The notes under the pieces are model-generated. The model made no database searches. It was not told the origin of the DNA and saw only the letters and a program-made list of their open reading frames with translations. A stretch of 64,000 bases of DNA from Candidatus Latescibacterota bacterium (GTDB lineage: Bacteria > Latescibacterota > UBA2968 > UBA8231): positions 1,376,001-1,440,000 of the forward strand of contig CBDCSU010000005.1 in assembly GCA_965221775.1 (NCBI GenBank), given 5' to 3'. Positions 1 to 8,672 of this stretch are shown here, piece by piece. Numbering within the stretch: position 1 is the stretch's first letter; every line of letters begins with the position of its first letter. A program made the translations under genes and the position numbers.

Positions 1-276
1 GATCCGCTTGATGCAGTCGGCGGCGTCCGCCCGGTTCTCGATCACCTGCAGAGCGTAGGTCGCCGTGAGAGATTTGCCGCTGCCGTAGGGAGCCACCACG
101 AAGAAGGCGTGATCGTCTTCTTCTCCGAAAAGGGCTTTGAGCAGGGGCACCGTCTTGGCGGTGGGGCGGAAGTGGCCGATGCGCTCCGGCTCGTCGGCGT
201 CGTAGACGAGGTTGATGGAGCGCAGAAAGGCGTCCCGGGAGACGGGCTCGCTCGCCACGGCCTTCCTACGCGGCAT
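1..276 (-). CDS. sspC: SspC-like P-loop ATPase of a phosphorothioation system (5' part; runs off the left edge)
   Basis: Not in the ORF track. Manual translation from ATG 276: MPRRKAVASEPVSRDAFLRSINLVYDADEPERIGHFRPT...FFVVAPYGSGKSLTA. It has the RSINL..D N-terminal motif and a Walker A, and overlaps the end of the DUF4007 gene. Confidence 0.72.
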   Translation of the reverse strand, partial: MPRRKAVASEPVSRDAFLRSINLVYDADEPERIGHFRPTAKTVPLLKALFGEEDDHAFFVVAPYGSGKSLTATYALQVIENRADAADCIKRI

Positions 277-1171
277 GGCGACTCAATCCCTCACTCGTGT
301 AGTGCGCTTCGAGCCAGTCGATCTCATCCCGACGTTCCACCACTAGCCTTCGTTGCCCCGCCAGTCCCTGGATTTCGAGACTGACCTGTGGCTGCTCCAC
401 CTGCACGGCCGTCTCGTACAGGCCCTCGGCCGTCATGCAAAAGGCGTTCCCCGGACCGCCCCGCCGCTGGGACGCTTCCTGCACCGATGCCTGGATGGGG
501 CCGTCATGCGCGTCACTTCCAAAGGCCCTGGCCAGGGAGTAGCAGAGGATGTGCGCGGGGATTGCCTTCGTGGCCTTGTTGACCTCGTAGTACCCGCTCG
601 TGCGGTAGTGGGAGAGTAGGCCCAACTCGGTGAAGGGAGACTCCTGCGCCTCTTCGGGGTCCACCCCCCGGTCGGGGATACTCCTCGAATAGCTCAGGAG
701 CAGGCAGCTCGCGTCCCGGTCGAGGGTGCGGGGGCTCGGGACCCGGCTGCCCTGCATCTGCAGGAACCGTTGCAGGCCTTCGATGCAGACGGCCTTGTCG
801 AAGCGAGGCAGCTTGAAGTTGTTGAAGAACCAGTCCCAGGTGACGGCGTGCTCCGGGCTGCTGATCAGGTTCACGTGAAGCGCCCACCAGGTGCCGATGT
901 CGGTGAAGTAGGGGTCGCGCTCCCAGACGAGGTGGCCGAGGCCCGTGGGCTCCAACATGGCTCCCTTGCGGTGCCGGCCTCCCCCGACTTGCTGGCACAG
1001 GCCGGTCGCCTGTAGCCAGTGACGAATCGACTTGGCCATGTTGCGGCCCACGCCGAGCCAATCGGCGACGTGCTCGTGGCAGAGCTTCTCGGGCTCCTCG
1101 GCCACCAGCTTCAGCCCCTTGTGCAGCCACCCTTCCCGGACGGGGAAGGTCTCGTGCCCTGCGAACCTCAT
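266..1171 (-). CDS. sspB: DUF4007 family protein (SspB-like nickase)
   Basis: True start ATG 1171 overlaps the upstream stop (ATGA). MRFAGHETFPVREGWLHKG and LGVGRNMAKSIRHWL are DUF4007 signatures. Confidence 0.85.
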   Translation of the reverse strand: MRFAGHETFPVREGWLHKGLKLVAEEPEKLCHEHVADWLGVGRNMAKSIRHWLQATGLCQQVGGGRHRKGAMLEPTGLGHLVWERDPYFTDIGTWWALHVNLISSPEHAVTWDWFFNNFKLPRFDKAVCIEGLQRFLQMQGSRVPSPRTLDRDASCLLLSYSRSIPDRGVDPEEAQESPFTELGLLSHYRTSGYYEVNKATKAIPAHILCYSLARAFGSDAHDGPIQASVQEASQRRGGPGNAFCMTAEGLYETAVQVEQPQVSLEIQGLAGQRRLVVERRDEIDWLEAHYTSEGLSRHAA

Positions 1172-2355
1172 TCGGCCACCTCCGACAGTTCCATCCGCTC
1201 CGTCCCCCTCCACCCGGAGAACGCCCGGATGCGGTCCACCTCCTCCGCCACGGCCGCCCAGGCCGCCGCCACCTCCTCCCCGTCGTTCAGCACCGACAGG
1301 CTGAAGCGGACGCTGGCGTACGCCTCTTCCTCCGACAGCCCCATGGCCCGCAGCACGTGGGACGGCTCCGGCCGCTGGTTGGTGCACGCCGAGCTCTGGG
1401 AGCAGCGGATGCCGCGCTGATCCAGTCGCGCCACCAGGGCCTCTCCGTCCACGCCGTGGAAGAGCAGGTTCGTGGTGTTGCATACACGGGCCCGGGAGTC
1501 ACCGTTCACGGTCACGCCGCCGCAGCGATCGATGATCTCCCTCTCGAGGCGGTCTCGCAGACTGCCGAGGCGGGCGATCGTCTCGTCGAGGGATTTCTCC
1601 CGCAGGCTGGCTGCACATCCCATGCCCGCGATGCCTGGCACGTTCTCGGTGCCGGCGCGCAGACCCGACTCCTGATCGCCGCCCTCGATGAGGCCTTCGA
1701 GCCGGGTAGCGCCGCCCACGTACAGGGCGCCCACTCCCACGGGGGCGTGGAACTTGTGGCCCGCAATCGACGCGTAGTCGACGGGCCGATCCCGCAGGCC
1801 CAGCGGCAGCTTGCCCACCGCCTGCGCCGCGTCCGTGTGGAAGGGCACCCCCGCCCCGGCGCACAACCGCCCGATCTGATCGATCGGCTGCACGACGCCC
1901 GTCTCGCTGTTGACCCACTGGATGGAGACCAAGTCGGCCCGCCCGGCCAGCGCTCGCCGCAGATCCTCGGGATCGACGAGGCCGCCGCCGCTGACGGGCA
2001 GGAGCACCACCTCTGTCCCTTGGCGGCTGCACCTGTCGAGCCCGGCGAGGACGGAGGAGTGCTCGACGGCGGTGGAGATGATCCTCGTGCCCGGACCGGA
2101 GAATCCGCGCAGGACGGTGTTGTTCGCCTCGGTGGCGCCGCTGGTGAAGATGATGGCGCCGGGGCCGCAGCCGAGAAGGGAGGCCAGGGATTCCCGGGCC
2201 ATGCGCAGTTGCTCGCGCCCGCGCTCGCCGGCGGTGTGGCTGCTGGAGGGATTGCCGAAGGCCGCCAGGGCGTTCAGGACCGCGGCGCGGACCTCCGGCA
2301 GGGGCGGGGTCGTGGCGTTGTTGTCGAGATAGACCTCGGAGGGCGGGTTGCTCAA
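1168..2355 (-). CDS. sspA: Cysteine desulfurase (IscS/SspA/DndA-like)
   Basis: YLDNNATT, FTSGATEANN, HTDAAQ, GHK (PLP lysine) and SSAC catalytic Cys; coupled to the DUF4007 gene. Confidence 0.88.
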   Translation of the reverse strand: MSNPPSEVYLDNNATTPPLPEVRAAVLNALAAFGNPSSSHTAGERGREQLRMARESLASLLGCGPGAIIFTSGATEANNTVLRGFSGPGTRIISTAVEHSSVLAGLDRCSRQGTEVVLLPVSGGGLVDPEDLRRALAGRADLVSIQWVNSETGVVQPIDQIGRLCAGAGVPFHTDAAQAVGKLPLGLRDRPVDYASIAGHKFHAPVGVGALYVGGATRLEGLIEGGDQESGLRAGTENVPGIAGMGCAASLREKSLDETIARLGSLRDRLEREIIDRCGGVTVNGDSRARVCNTTNLLFHGVDGEALVARLDQRGIRCSQSSACTNQRPEPSHVLRAMGLSEEEAYASVRFSLSVLNDGEEVAAAWAAVAEEVDRIRAFSGWRGTERMELSEVAE

Positions 2356-2470
2356 GGTCTGGTGGTCTCCCGGGGAGAGGGGGAGGCTGCGCGCGAAACC
2401 TTACCCCCAAGTCGGGGAGGGGGGCAAGTGCCTTCTCAAGATGTGGTGTGGTGGCGCAGGTTCCGTTACT

Positions 2471-2499
2471 AATTTACTGCACAAACGTATATCTGCCAA
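2471..2499 (-). promoter_or_regulatory. Putative sigma70 promoter of the ssp operon
   Basis: Minus strand TTGGCA-N17-TAAATT in an AT-rich patch about 115 bp upstream of the sspA start. Confidence 0.5.
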
Positions 2500-2507
2500 G
2501 CAGCCGG

Positions 2508-2527
2508 CAGGGCCTTCGGCAGCCCTG
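2508..2527 (-). terminator. Possible terminator hairpin
   Basis: CAGGGC/GCCCTG stem just after the stop of ORF 2545..2847; no U-tract. Confidence 0.3.
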
Positions 2528-2544
2528 AGCCATCTCGTCCAGGT

Positions 2545-2847
2545 TCAGACCGGGGGCTTTATCTGAATGAGCGCCTGCACGAGATCTTTCAGGATGGGCT
2601 GAATCAGCCAGAGGAACCCGGTCACGATGCCGCCCAGTGTCGTGATGACACCCCCGAGGACCCAGATCTTCAGGTGGGCGATGTCCATCTTCAGGTGGGC
2701 GATATCCGTCTGGGTTGCACTCTCTTCCATGCGCGTCCTGATCTCCCGGACATCGCCCTCAACAGCTCTCAGGCATGCGTCCCAGGAATCGTCGCTCCCG
2801 CCATCGTCCCTGGCCTGCGGACGAAGGCTCACCTCCTGCCCTCCCAC
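2545..2847 (-). CDS. Small coiled-coil protein with C-terminal TM helix (XhlA/DUF1640-like architecture)
   Basis: Heptads DIAHLKM-DIAHLKI followed by hydrophobic WVLGGVITTLGGIVTGFLWLI. Confidence 0.6.
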   Translation of the reverse strand: MGGQEVSLRPQARDDGGSDDSWDACLRAVEGDVREIRTRMEESATQTDIAHLKMDIAHLKIWVLGGVITTLGGIVTGFLWLIQPILKDLVQALIQIKPPV

Positions 2848-3089
2848 ACTTCGAGCTTTTCTGCGAGGGCTTTGTCGGCCGCGCCAGTGTAGCGCGAGGG
2901 CGCCACGACGATGCCTCCCTTCCCTTCCACCTCGATGCCCAGGGCGCTCTCAAGCTCGGAGCAGGTCCGATGGTTACTTCGGACAAACCAGACCCCGGAC
3001 TCCATCTGGTAGGACTCCTCCTGGGGAACGAGCGCCCTGACCTCTTCGTCGAGGGGCTCTTCGGCCGGAATCACGACATAGATCGGCAT
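2829..3089 (-). CDS. Small hypothetical protein (86 aa, possible ferredoxin-like fold)
   Basis: Likely start ATG 3089 (MPIYVVIPAEEPLDEEVRALVP...GVWFVRS); alternating strand/helix pattern. Confidence 0.55.
   Translation of the reverse strand: MPIYVVIPAEEPLDEEVRALVPQEESYQMESGVWFVRSNHRTCSELESALGIEVEGKGGIVVAPSRYTGAADKALAEKLEVWEGRR
3025..3089. repeat. 65-bp direct repeat, copy 1
   Basis: Matches 4950..5014 with 4 mismatches on manual alignment. Confidence 0.9.
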
Positions 3090-3100
3090 GTAGCGGATCC

Positions 3101-3307
3101 TCAGAAGAGCTTGGCTACGGTCAGGGCCAGTCCAACTGCTGCCACCAGGCCCCCCAAGACGCCCGCCAGGACCAACGCCTTGGTCGGCATGTGCCTCCAT
3201 CGCTCCTCGAGGTTGGCCAGTTGCCTCTCCAGGCGGCGAACGGACACTACCGAGGGACTACGCAAATCACCACCTAGGAGGACGCCCCAAAGGGGATTCA
3301 ATGCCAT
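3101..3307 (-). CDS. Small coiled-coil + TM protein (possibly a remnant; start uncertain)
   Basis: VRRLERQLANLEERWRHMPTK followed by hydrophobic ALVLAGVLGGLVAAVGLALTVA; overlaps the end of the upstream gene. Confidence 0.4.
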   Translation of the reverse strand: MALNPLWGVLLGGDLRSPSVVSVRRLERQLANLEERWRHMPTKALVLAGVLGGLVAAVGLALTVAKLF

Positions 3308-4598
3308 GGTTCATGAGGTGATTGTCTATCACCCAAGATGATACGGAGAAGCCATTGGCGACTCGTTCCAAACTCTCCGGCGAATAGTCACCCCTGAGCC
3401 TGTCGTCTACAGAATGCCAAGGGCTGAGAAACTCCGCAGCGAAGGCTCGCTGCATCTTCTGGCGATAGCTGTAGGACCTCGTGGCAGGAAGCAGTGCTTC
3501 TCCGCGCATGGAAAACTGCAAGCTGTCACCCAGGAGGCGAGCGGCATCGAACCTTCTCCCGGTCTTGCTGCGGGAACGAAGAGCCAGTTTCCTGCCGCCC
3601 TTGTTCCCGAGGATCCAAGAGAATCGATCGGTCAGTTTCTGGCTGCTGATGGCACTCGGGGTCGTTCCCAAGAGTTCAGCGAGCTTGCGGTCTTCCACCC
3701 GATCGCCATTCAAGTCTGCCGCGCTGCGGACCTCCTTGGCCAAGTCAGAGCCGACCTTCCACGCGGGGGTAGTGAAGGCATGCGCACCAGAATCGCCTCC
3801 CTCGAAGCCTTCCGTGTTGACCCCTTCCATTGGGAGGTCACTGTCCCCGGCGATCCCATCCTCAATTCGAACATCGAAACCCTTCTCTTGAGTAAGAGAC
3901 CTTATCTCCGAGGCGGAAATCAGGTGGTCAACTCCATCCGATCCCAAGGCAATCTCTTCTGCCGCGGTTCTACCCAACTCGCTGATCTCCCTTTGTCGGG
4001 AGATCAGATCATCAGAGTCAAGATCGTCCGGGTCCGCACCGAGCAGTGCTTCGAACTTCCTGAACCGAGAAAGCTCGCGATCTTCTCTTTCGCGAGAGAG
4101 GTCTTCCCAAAGAACGGACAGGTCGGAGCCCTTTCCCTCCGTCGAATCCAGAAGCTCTCTGACAAAGCGGTCGACTTCGGCAACGAAGTCTGGGCGAGGA
4201 ACCTGCACGACCTTGTCTGCCAGGTACCTGAAGATCATGGGATGTTCGTCATCAGAGGACGGCTTGGATTCCAGATAGGTAAAGACCCCGTCCGAATGAA
4301 TCGTGATCCGGGGCCAGAGCCATCCTTCTCCTACGGCGAGCATGGAGTGGGCAAGATCCCATTCGTCATGGCCTGACTGACCTGACGGGTAAGGCTCCCA
4401 GTTCAGCCTCCACCAATTCCAGACCAGCCAGTAGGCCAACGGCTTCGGATCAATCAATGGGCCTTCGCGATAGATGGGTTGCCCATCCTGTCCCGCGACC
4501 AAGCCCTGAGTCAGGCACCGGTCGTCAGCCATGATTCTCAACAACCCCACGGCGGGCTCAGAAGCCCCATAGGTGCTGATGCTGAAGTCCAGACTCAT
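3267..4598 (-). CDS. ImmA/IrrE-like protein with degenerate metallopeptidase motif
   Basis: C-terminal RRFDAARLLGD...RQKMQRAFAAEFLSP parallels IrrE RFTLAHELGH...ANxFAAELLMP. N-terminal domain carries LAYWLVWNWWRLNWEP. Start ATG 4598 is coupled (ATGA) to the upstream gene. Confidence 0.65.
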   Translation of the reverse strand: MSLDFSISTYGASEPAVGLLRIMADDRCLTQGLVAGQDGQPIYREGPLIDPKPLAYWLVWNWWRLNWEPYPSGQSGHDEWDLAHSMLAVGEGWLWPRITIHSDGVFTYLESKPSSDDEHPMIFRYLADKVVQVPRPDFVAEVDRFVRELLDSTEGKGSDLSVLWEDLSREREDRELSRFRKFEALLGADPDDLDSDDLISRQREISELGRTAAEEIALGSDGVDHLISASEIRSLTQEKGFDVRIEDGIAGDSDLPMEGVNTEGFEGGDSGAHAFTTPAWKVGSDLAKEVRSAADLNGDRVEDRKLAELLGTTPSAISSQKLTDRFSWILGNKGGRKLALRSRSKTGRRFDAARLLGDSLQFSMRGEALLPATRSYSYRQKMQRAFAAEFLSPWHSVDDRLRGDYSPESLERVANGFSVSSWVIDNHLMNHGIESPLGRPPRW

Positions 4599-4930
4599 CC
4601 GGCACCCTCCCATCTCTTGCGGACTTCCCTGCTTAGTCTCTTGCCAACTCTGTCATTCCGATCATCCAACCGGTATCCGTGGTATGTGCCACGAGACTGA
4701 TTGGCCTCATAGACCCATCCTTCATGATCTACCGCCCAGACGTTTTTGGGAAGACCATTGATCGATCTGGAACTCACTGTTCGACGACGAACTCCTTCCC
4801 GGAATAGCCTCCTGGCTTCCAGGAGAGACATCTGCCTCTTGTCATCGCAAGGAGACTTGTCTGGCCCCAACCCTCTGTCCTTGGTCCGACCCAGGTGTCT
4901 TGGATCTGGTATGAACAATGAGGGCTTCAT
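4595..4930 (-). CDS. Small basic hypothetical protein, putative nuclease-toxin-like (YEA...YHGY)
   Basis: PKNVWAVDHEGWVYEANQSRGTYHGY. The frame stays open to 5095, but that extension includes the duplicated 65-bp segment, so ATG 4930 is preferred. Confidence 0.55.
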   Translation of the reverse strand: MKPSLFIPDPRHLGRTKDRGLGPDKSPCDDKRQMSLLEARRLFREGVRRRTVSSRSINGLPKNVWAVDHEGWVYEANQSRGTYHGYRLDDRNDRVGKRLSREVRKRWEGAG

Positions 4931-4949
4931 CTTCGACTGCAGATCTTCC

Positions 4950-5014
4950 GGAACGAGCGCCCTGATCTCTTCGTCGAGGGGCTCTTGCGACGGAATCACG
5001 ACATAGATCGGCAT
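4950..5014. repeat. 65-bp direct repeat, copy 2
   Basis: Encodes MPIYVVIPSQEPLDEEIRALVP versus MPIYVVIPAEEPLDEEVRALVP in copy 1. Confidence 0.9.
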
Positions 5015-5121
5015 CTTCTGGGTCCCGACAGCCTTTCGGGCAATGGTAAGGGCCGGGGCGAGCACCGGCCAACCCGCATGGCTCGCAAGTTCCATGCCAC
5101 CTCGCTACGGGCTACCTCTAT

Positions 5122-6561
5122 CTACTGCCCCCGCCCCGCGAACGCCTCCCCTCCGTCCTCCTCCCACCCCCCGCCCACCGGCCGCAGCTGCCCCGCCCCG
5201 GTCACCTCCCACCGCCGGCCGTCCCGCTCGCCGCCGGCGCCGTGGCGGCGGAACCAGTCCTCCAGCACGCCGTGCAGCTCGCGGCGGCGGGCGGCGTAGC
5301 CCGCGTCGTCGGCCAGGTTCACCCGCTCGCCCGGGTCCTCTTCTAGATGATAAAGCTCCGCGGGTAGCTCCTCGCCGCGGTCGACGTACTTCCACTCCTG
5401 GGTGCGGACCATGCGCGAGGCCCCGTACTCGGCGCAGCGGCTGCCGTCGACGACGACCGCCTCGCGGCCTTCCGTGCCGCCGCCCGCATCCGCTCCACCT
5501 CCCAGTAGCCCGGCGAAGCTGCGGCCCGAGCGGCCCCCTCCGCCGTCGTCCGGCTCCGGCAGTCCCGCGTGTTCCAGCAGGGTGGGGAAGAGGTCGCAGG
5601 CGCTGAACAGTCCGGGCTCGACCGCGCCCTGGGGCACGCGTCCGGGCTGGCTGACGAGGAAGGGCACGGTCACCGAGTTCTCGTACATGTTCAGGGGGAA
5701 GGTGCCGTTGCCCTTGCCCCAGAAGCCGTGGTGGCCGCAACTGAAGCCGTTGTCGCTGGCGAAGACGACCAGGGTCCGCTCGCGCACGCGCAAGGCCTCG
5801 AGCCGGTCGAGGAGACGCGCCACGTCGGCGTCCATGGCGGTGACGGCGGCGAAGTAGCCCTTGAGCATCTCGCGGTTGCCGAGGCAGCTCTCGGACAGGC
5901 CGTGGCCTTTCGCCCACTCGTGGATCGGCTCCTGGGGGCAACTGTCGAAGGGGCAGTCGTCGTACGAGTCGACGATCTGTTGGGGGTGGCCGGTCCACGG
6001 CGAGTGGGGCGCCGTGTAGTGGACGCCGAGGTAGAAGGGCGCGGCGCCGCCGGCGTGGGCGTCGAGGAAGGCGAGGGCGTCGTCGGTGATCAGGTTGGTC
6101 ACGTAGCCGTCCTCGGTCAGCAGCTGCCCGTCGCGAATCATGGGGGGGCGGTTGTAGTCGCCGCCGCCGAGCTGGTGGACGTACCAGTGCGAGAACCCGT
6201 GCTGCACGAGCTGGCTGTGGCCGAGGTGCCACTTGCCGGACAGGCCGACCTCGTACCCGTGGGCGGCGAGGACGTCGGTGTATGCCGTCTCGCCTTCGAG
6301 GTAGAGGGCCGCGTCGTCGCCGACGTTGCCCTCGCGGATCCAGTCGTGGACGCCGTGCTGCGACGGCATGCGCCCGGTGAGGAAGCTGGCGCGGCTCGGC
6401 GAGCAGACGGGCGAGGCGCAGAGGAAGTGCTCGAAGCGGACCCCGGTGGCGGCGATGCGGTCGAGGCCGGGGGTGCGGATCTCGTCGTTGCCGGAACACC
6501 CCAGGGCCCAGGGTCCCTGGTCGTCGGTGAGGATGAAGAGGATGTTGGGGCGCTCGGTCAT
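5122..6561 (-). CDS. Sulfatase (Cys-type, formylglycine-dependent)
   Basis: PNILFILTDDQ, CSPSR motif, GKWHLG, SDNG. Confidence 0.93.
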   Translation of the reverse strand: MTERPNILFILTDDQGPWALGCSGNDEIRTPGLDRIAATGVRFEHFLCASPVCSPSRASFLTGRMPSQHGVHDWIREGNVGDDAALYLEGETAYTDVLAAHGYEVGLSGKWHLGHSQLVQHGFSHWYVHQLGGGDYNRPPMIRDGQLLTEDGYVTNLITDDALAFLDAHAGGAAPFYLGVHYTAPHSPWTGHPQQIVDSYDDCPFDSCPQEPIHEWAKGHGLSESCLGNREMLKGYFAAVTAMDADVARLLDRLEALRVRERTLVVFASDNGFSCGHHGFWGKGNGTFPLNMYENSVTVPFLVSQPGRVPQGAVEPGLFSACDLFPTLLEHAGLPEPDDGGGGRSGRSFAGLLGGGADAGGGTEGREAVVVDGSRCAEYGASRMVRTQEWKYVDRGEELPAELYHLEEDPGERVNLADDAGYAARRRELHGVLEDWFRRHGAGGERDGRRWEVTGAGQLRPVGGGWEEDGGEAFAGRGQ

Positions 6562-6610
6562 GGAGATCACCTCACCGGTGCGGGGTAAAGCCGCGGCTTG
6601 CCGCCCTCCT

Positions 6611-7606
6611 TCAGCTCCAAGGCTCCACGGCGACGCGGGCGCCGCTGGCCGAGGACTCCCTCGCCGCGTCGGCCACGGCCTGCACCCGGTACCCGGTGAC
6701 GCCGTCGCAGACGGGCTCGCGGCCCTCGCGCGCGGCGTTCACGAAGTCCTCGATCATGGGCTGATCGAAGTACGGCGCCTGCAGCGGCTCAACGCCAACG
6801 GACTCCCGTCCCGAGGCGGTCTCCACCTCGATCGCCTCGCCGCCGTACTCCAGGCCGTCGATGACGATGCGGCCGTCGACGCCGTCGACCTGGGCGAAGT
6901 CGCGGCGCGGGTTGGAGGTGAGGATCGTCGAGTGGACGCCGGCGGTGCCGTCGGCGAAGCGCAGCAGCAGGGCGTCGGTGTCGTCCACCGGCCAGTCGTG
7001 GTGGACGGTGTCGAGGAGGCCGCAGACCTCCACCGGCTCGCTGCCGGCGAGGTTGAGGAGCACCTCGATGCGGTGGACGGCCATCTCCATCAGCGCCCCG
7101 CCTATGCCGGGCTGGATCTGCCAGGGCCCCGAGCCGAGACCGCCGCCGCCGCTGTAGTGGGTGCGGGTGAAGACCTTGGGGCCGATCTCGCCGGCCGCCA
7201 GCCGCCGCTTGGCCTCCAGCACCTGGGGGAAGACCCGGCGGCGGTAGGCGACGCCGAGGGCGACCCCGGCCTCGCGGCAGGCCTCCACCATGCGGCGGGC
7301 CTCGTGTCGGTCGCGGGCCATGGGCTTCTCGCAGAGGACGTGCCGGCCGGCGGCCGCGGCGGCGAGGGTGTGCTCGCAGTGGGTGTCGGTGGGGGTCGCC
7401 ACGATGACGGCCTCCACCGCGTCGTCGGCGAGGAGGCCGGCGGCGGAGTCGTACGCGGCGCAGCCGCCGAAGCGCGCGGCGAAGTCGCGGGCGCCGCCGG
7501 CGTCGCGGCGGCAGACGGCGGTCAGCTCGGTCTCGCGGGAGTTGAGCAGGCTGGGGGCGAAGGAGCTGGCGGCGATGGAGCCGCAGCCGATGATGCCGAA
7601 TCTCAT
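6611..7606 (-). CDS. Gfo/Idh/MocA oxidoreductase
   Basis: GIIGCGSIA Rossmann motif; HVLCEKP. Confidence 0.92.
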   Translation of the reverse strand: MRFGIIGCGSIAASSFAPSLLNSRETELTAVCRRDAGGARDFAARFGGCAAYDSAAGLLADDAVEAVIVATPTDTHCEHTLAAAAAGRHVLCEKPMARDRHEARRMVEACREAGVALGVAYRRRVFPQVLEAKRRLAAGEIGPKVFTRTHYSGGGGLGSGPWQIQPGIGGALMEMAVHRIEVLLNLAGSEPVEVCGLLDTVHHDWPVDDTDALLLRFADGTAGVHSTILTSNPRRDFAQVDGVDGRIVIDGLEYGGEAIEVETASGRESVGVEPLQAPYFDQPMIEDFVNAAREGREPVCDGVTGYRVQAVADAARESSASGARVAVEPWS

Positions 7607-7816
7607 GGGGTGAGTTCCTCCGGAAGGGGTGGCCGCGCCCGGGCGGGCGGAGGCGCGGCGGGTGCTCGCCCGCTCATGCGGTCCCCGCCTCGGACAGGCC
7701 GAGGTCCGCGGCTGCCGGCAGACAACGTGCCGGCGCGGATCATGGCAGCTGAGCCCCCGGACGGTGGCGTGCGCTCCGGGGAGTGGAGGTGCGCGGCGTC
7801 CCGATGCCCGCCAAAC

Positions 7817-8662
7817 TCATGGTGCGCCCGCCTCGGACAGGCCGTCGGCGGTCCACACGAAGGATGGGCGCCAGCCGAAGGCGGCTTCCGCCCTGGCGCA
7901 GCTCATGGGGGAGATGCGCCAGGGCAGCTCCGCCCGGACCTGGGTCGCCGCGCCGAAGAGGCGCTCCACGAGGACGGAGGTGTCCTCGCTGGCGATGGTG
8001 CGGCGGCCCGTGAGGTTGTAGACCCCCGGCTCGACGTTGGCCGCCTCGACGGCGAGGGTGCAGGCGCGGGCGGCGTCGCGCACGTCGGTGCGGGTCCACA
8101 GCAGGCCCACGCCCGAGGCGGGATCGGCCTTCAGGGCCTCGATCTGCGGCGGGATCTCCTCGGGCCGGCGGATGCCCATGAAGCGGAAGGTCACCACCTC
8201 GAGGCCGTGGCGCTCGCTGAAGTACTCGCCCGCCTGCTCGCCGGCGATCTTGGCCAGGGAGTAGCTGTTCTGCGGGCGCAGGGGGTGGTCCTCGTCGACG
8301 GGGAGGTAGACGGGAGGACTGAGCTTGAAGCCGTAGACCTGGGCGCTGGAGGCGGTGACGACGCGGCGGATGCCGAGGTCGGCGCAGGCGCGCAGGACGT
8401 GGAAGACGCCGGCGCTGTTGGCGGTGTAGACCTCGGTGTCGGGGACGGAGCCGGACCAGGCGGCGAGGTGGACGACAGCGTCGGCGCCGGCCAGGCCCGA
8501 GTAGACGTGGCCGGCGTCGGTGAGGTCGGAGGCGAGGTGGCGGACGCCGGGACGGCCGCCGCGGCGCAGGTCGAGCCCCGTCACCTCGTGGCCGCGGCCG
8601 GCGAGATCGGCCACGACCGCGGCGCCGATGCGGCCGGCGCTGCCGGTGACGGCGACTCTCAC
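7817..8662 (-). CDS. NAD-dependent epimerase/dehydratase (extended SDR)
   Basis: TGSAGRIG, VVHLAA, YSLAK. Confidence 0.9.
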   Translation of the reverse strand: MRVAVTGSAGRIGAAVVADLAGRGHEVTGLDLRRGGRPGVRHLASDLTDAGHVYSGLAGADAVVHLAAWSGSVPDTEVYTANSAGVFHVLRACADLGIRRVVTASSAQVYGFKLSPPVYLPVDEDHPLRPQNSYSLAKIAGEQAGEYFSERHGLEVVTFRFMGIRRPEEIPPQIEALKADPASGVGLLWTRTDVRDAARACTLAVEAANVEPGVYNLTGRRTIASEDTSVLVERLFGAATQVRAELPWRISPMSCARAEAAFGWRPSFVWTADGLSEAGAP

Positions 8663-8672
8663 GGGGCGCGCC

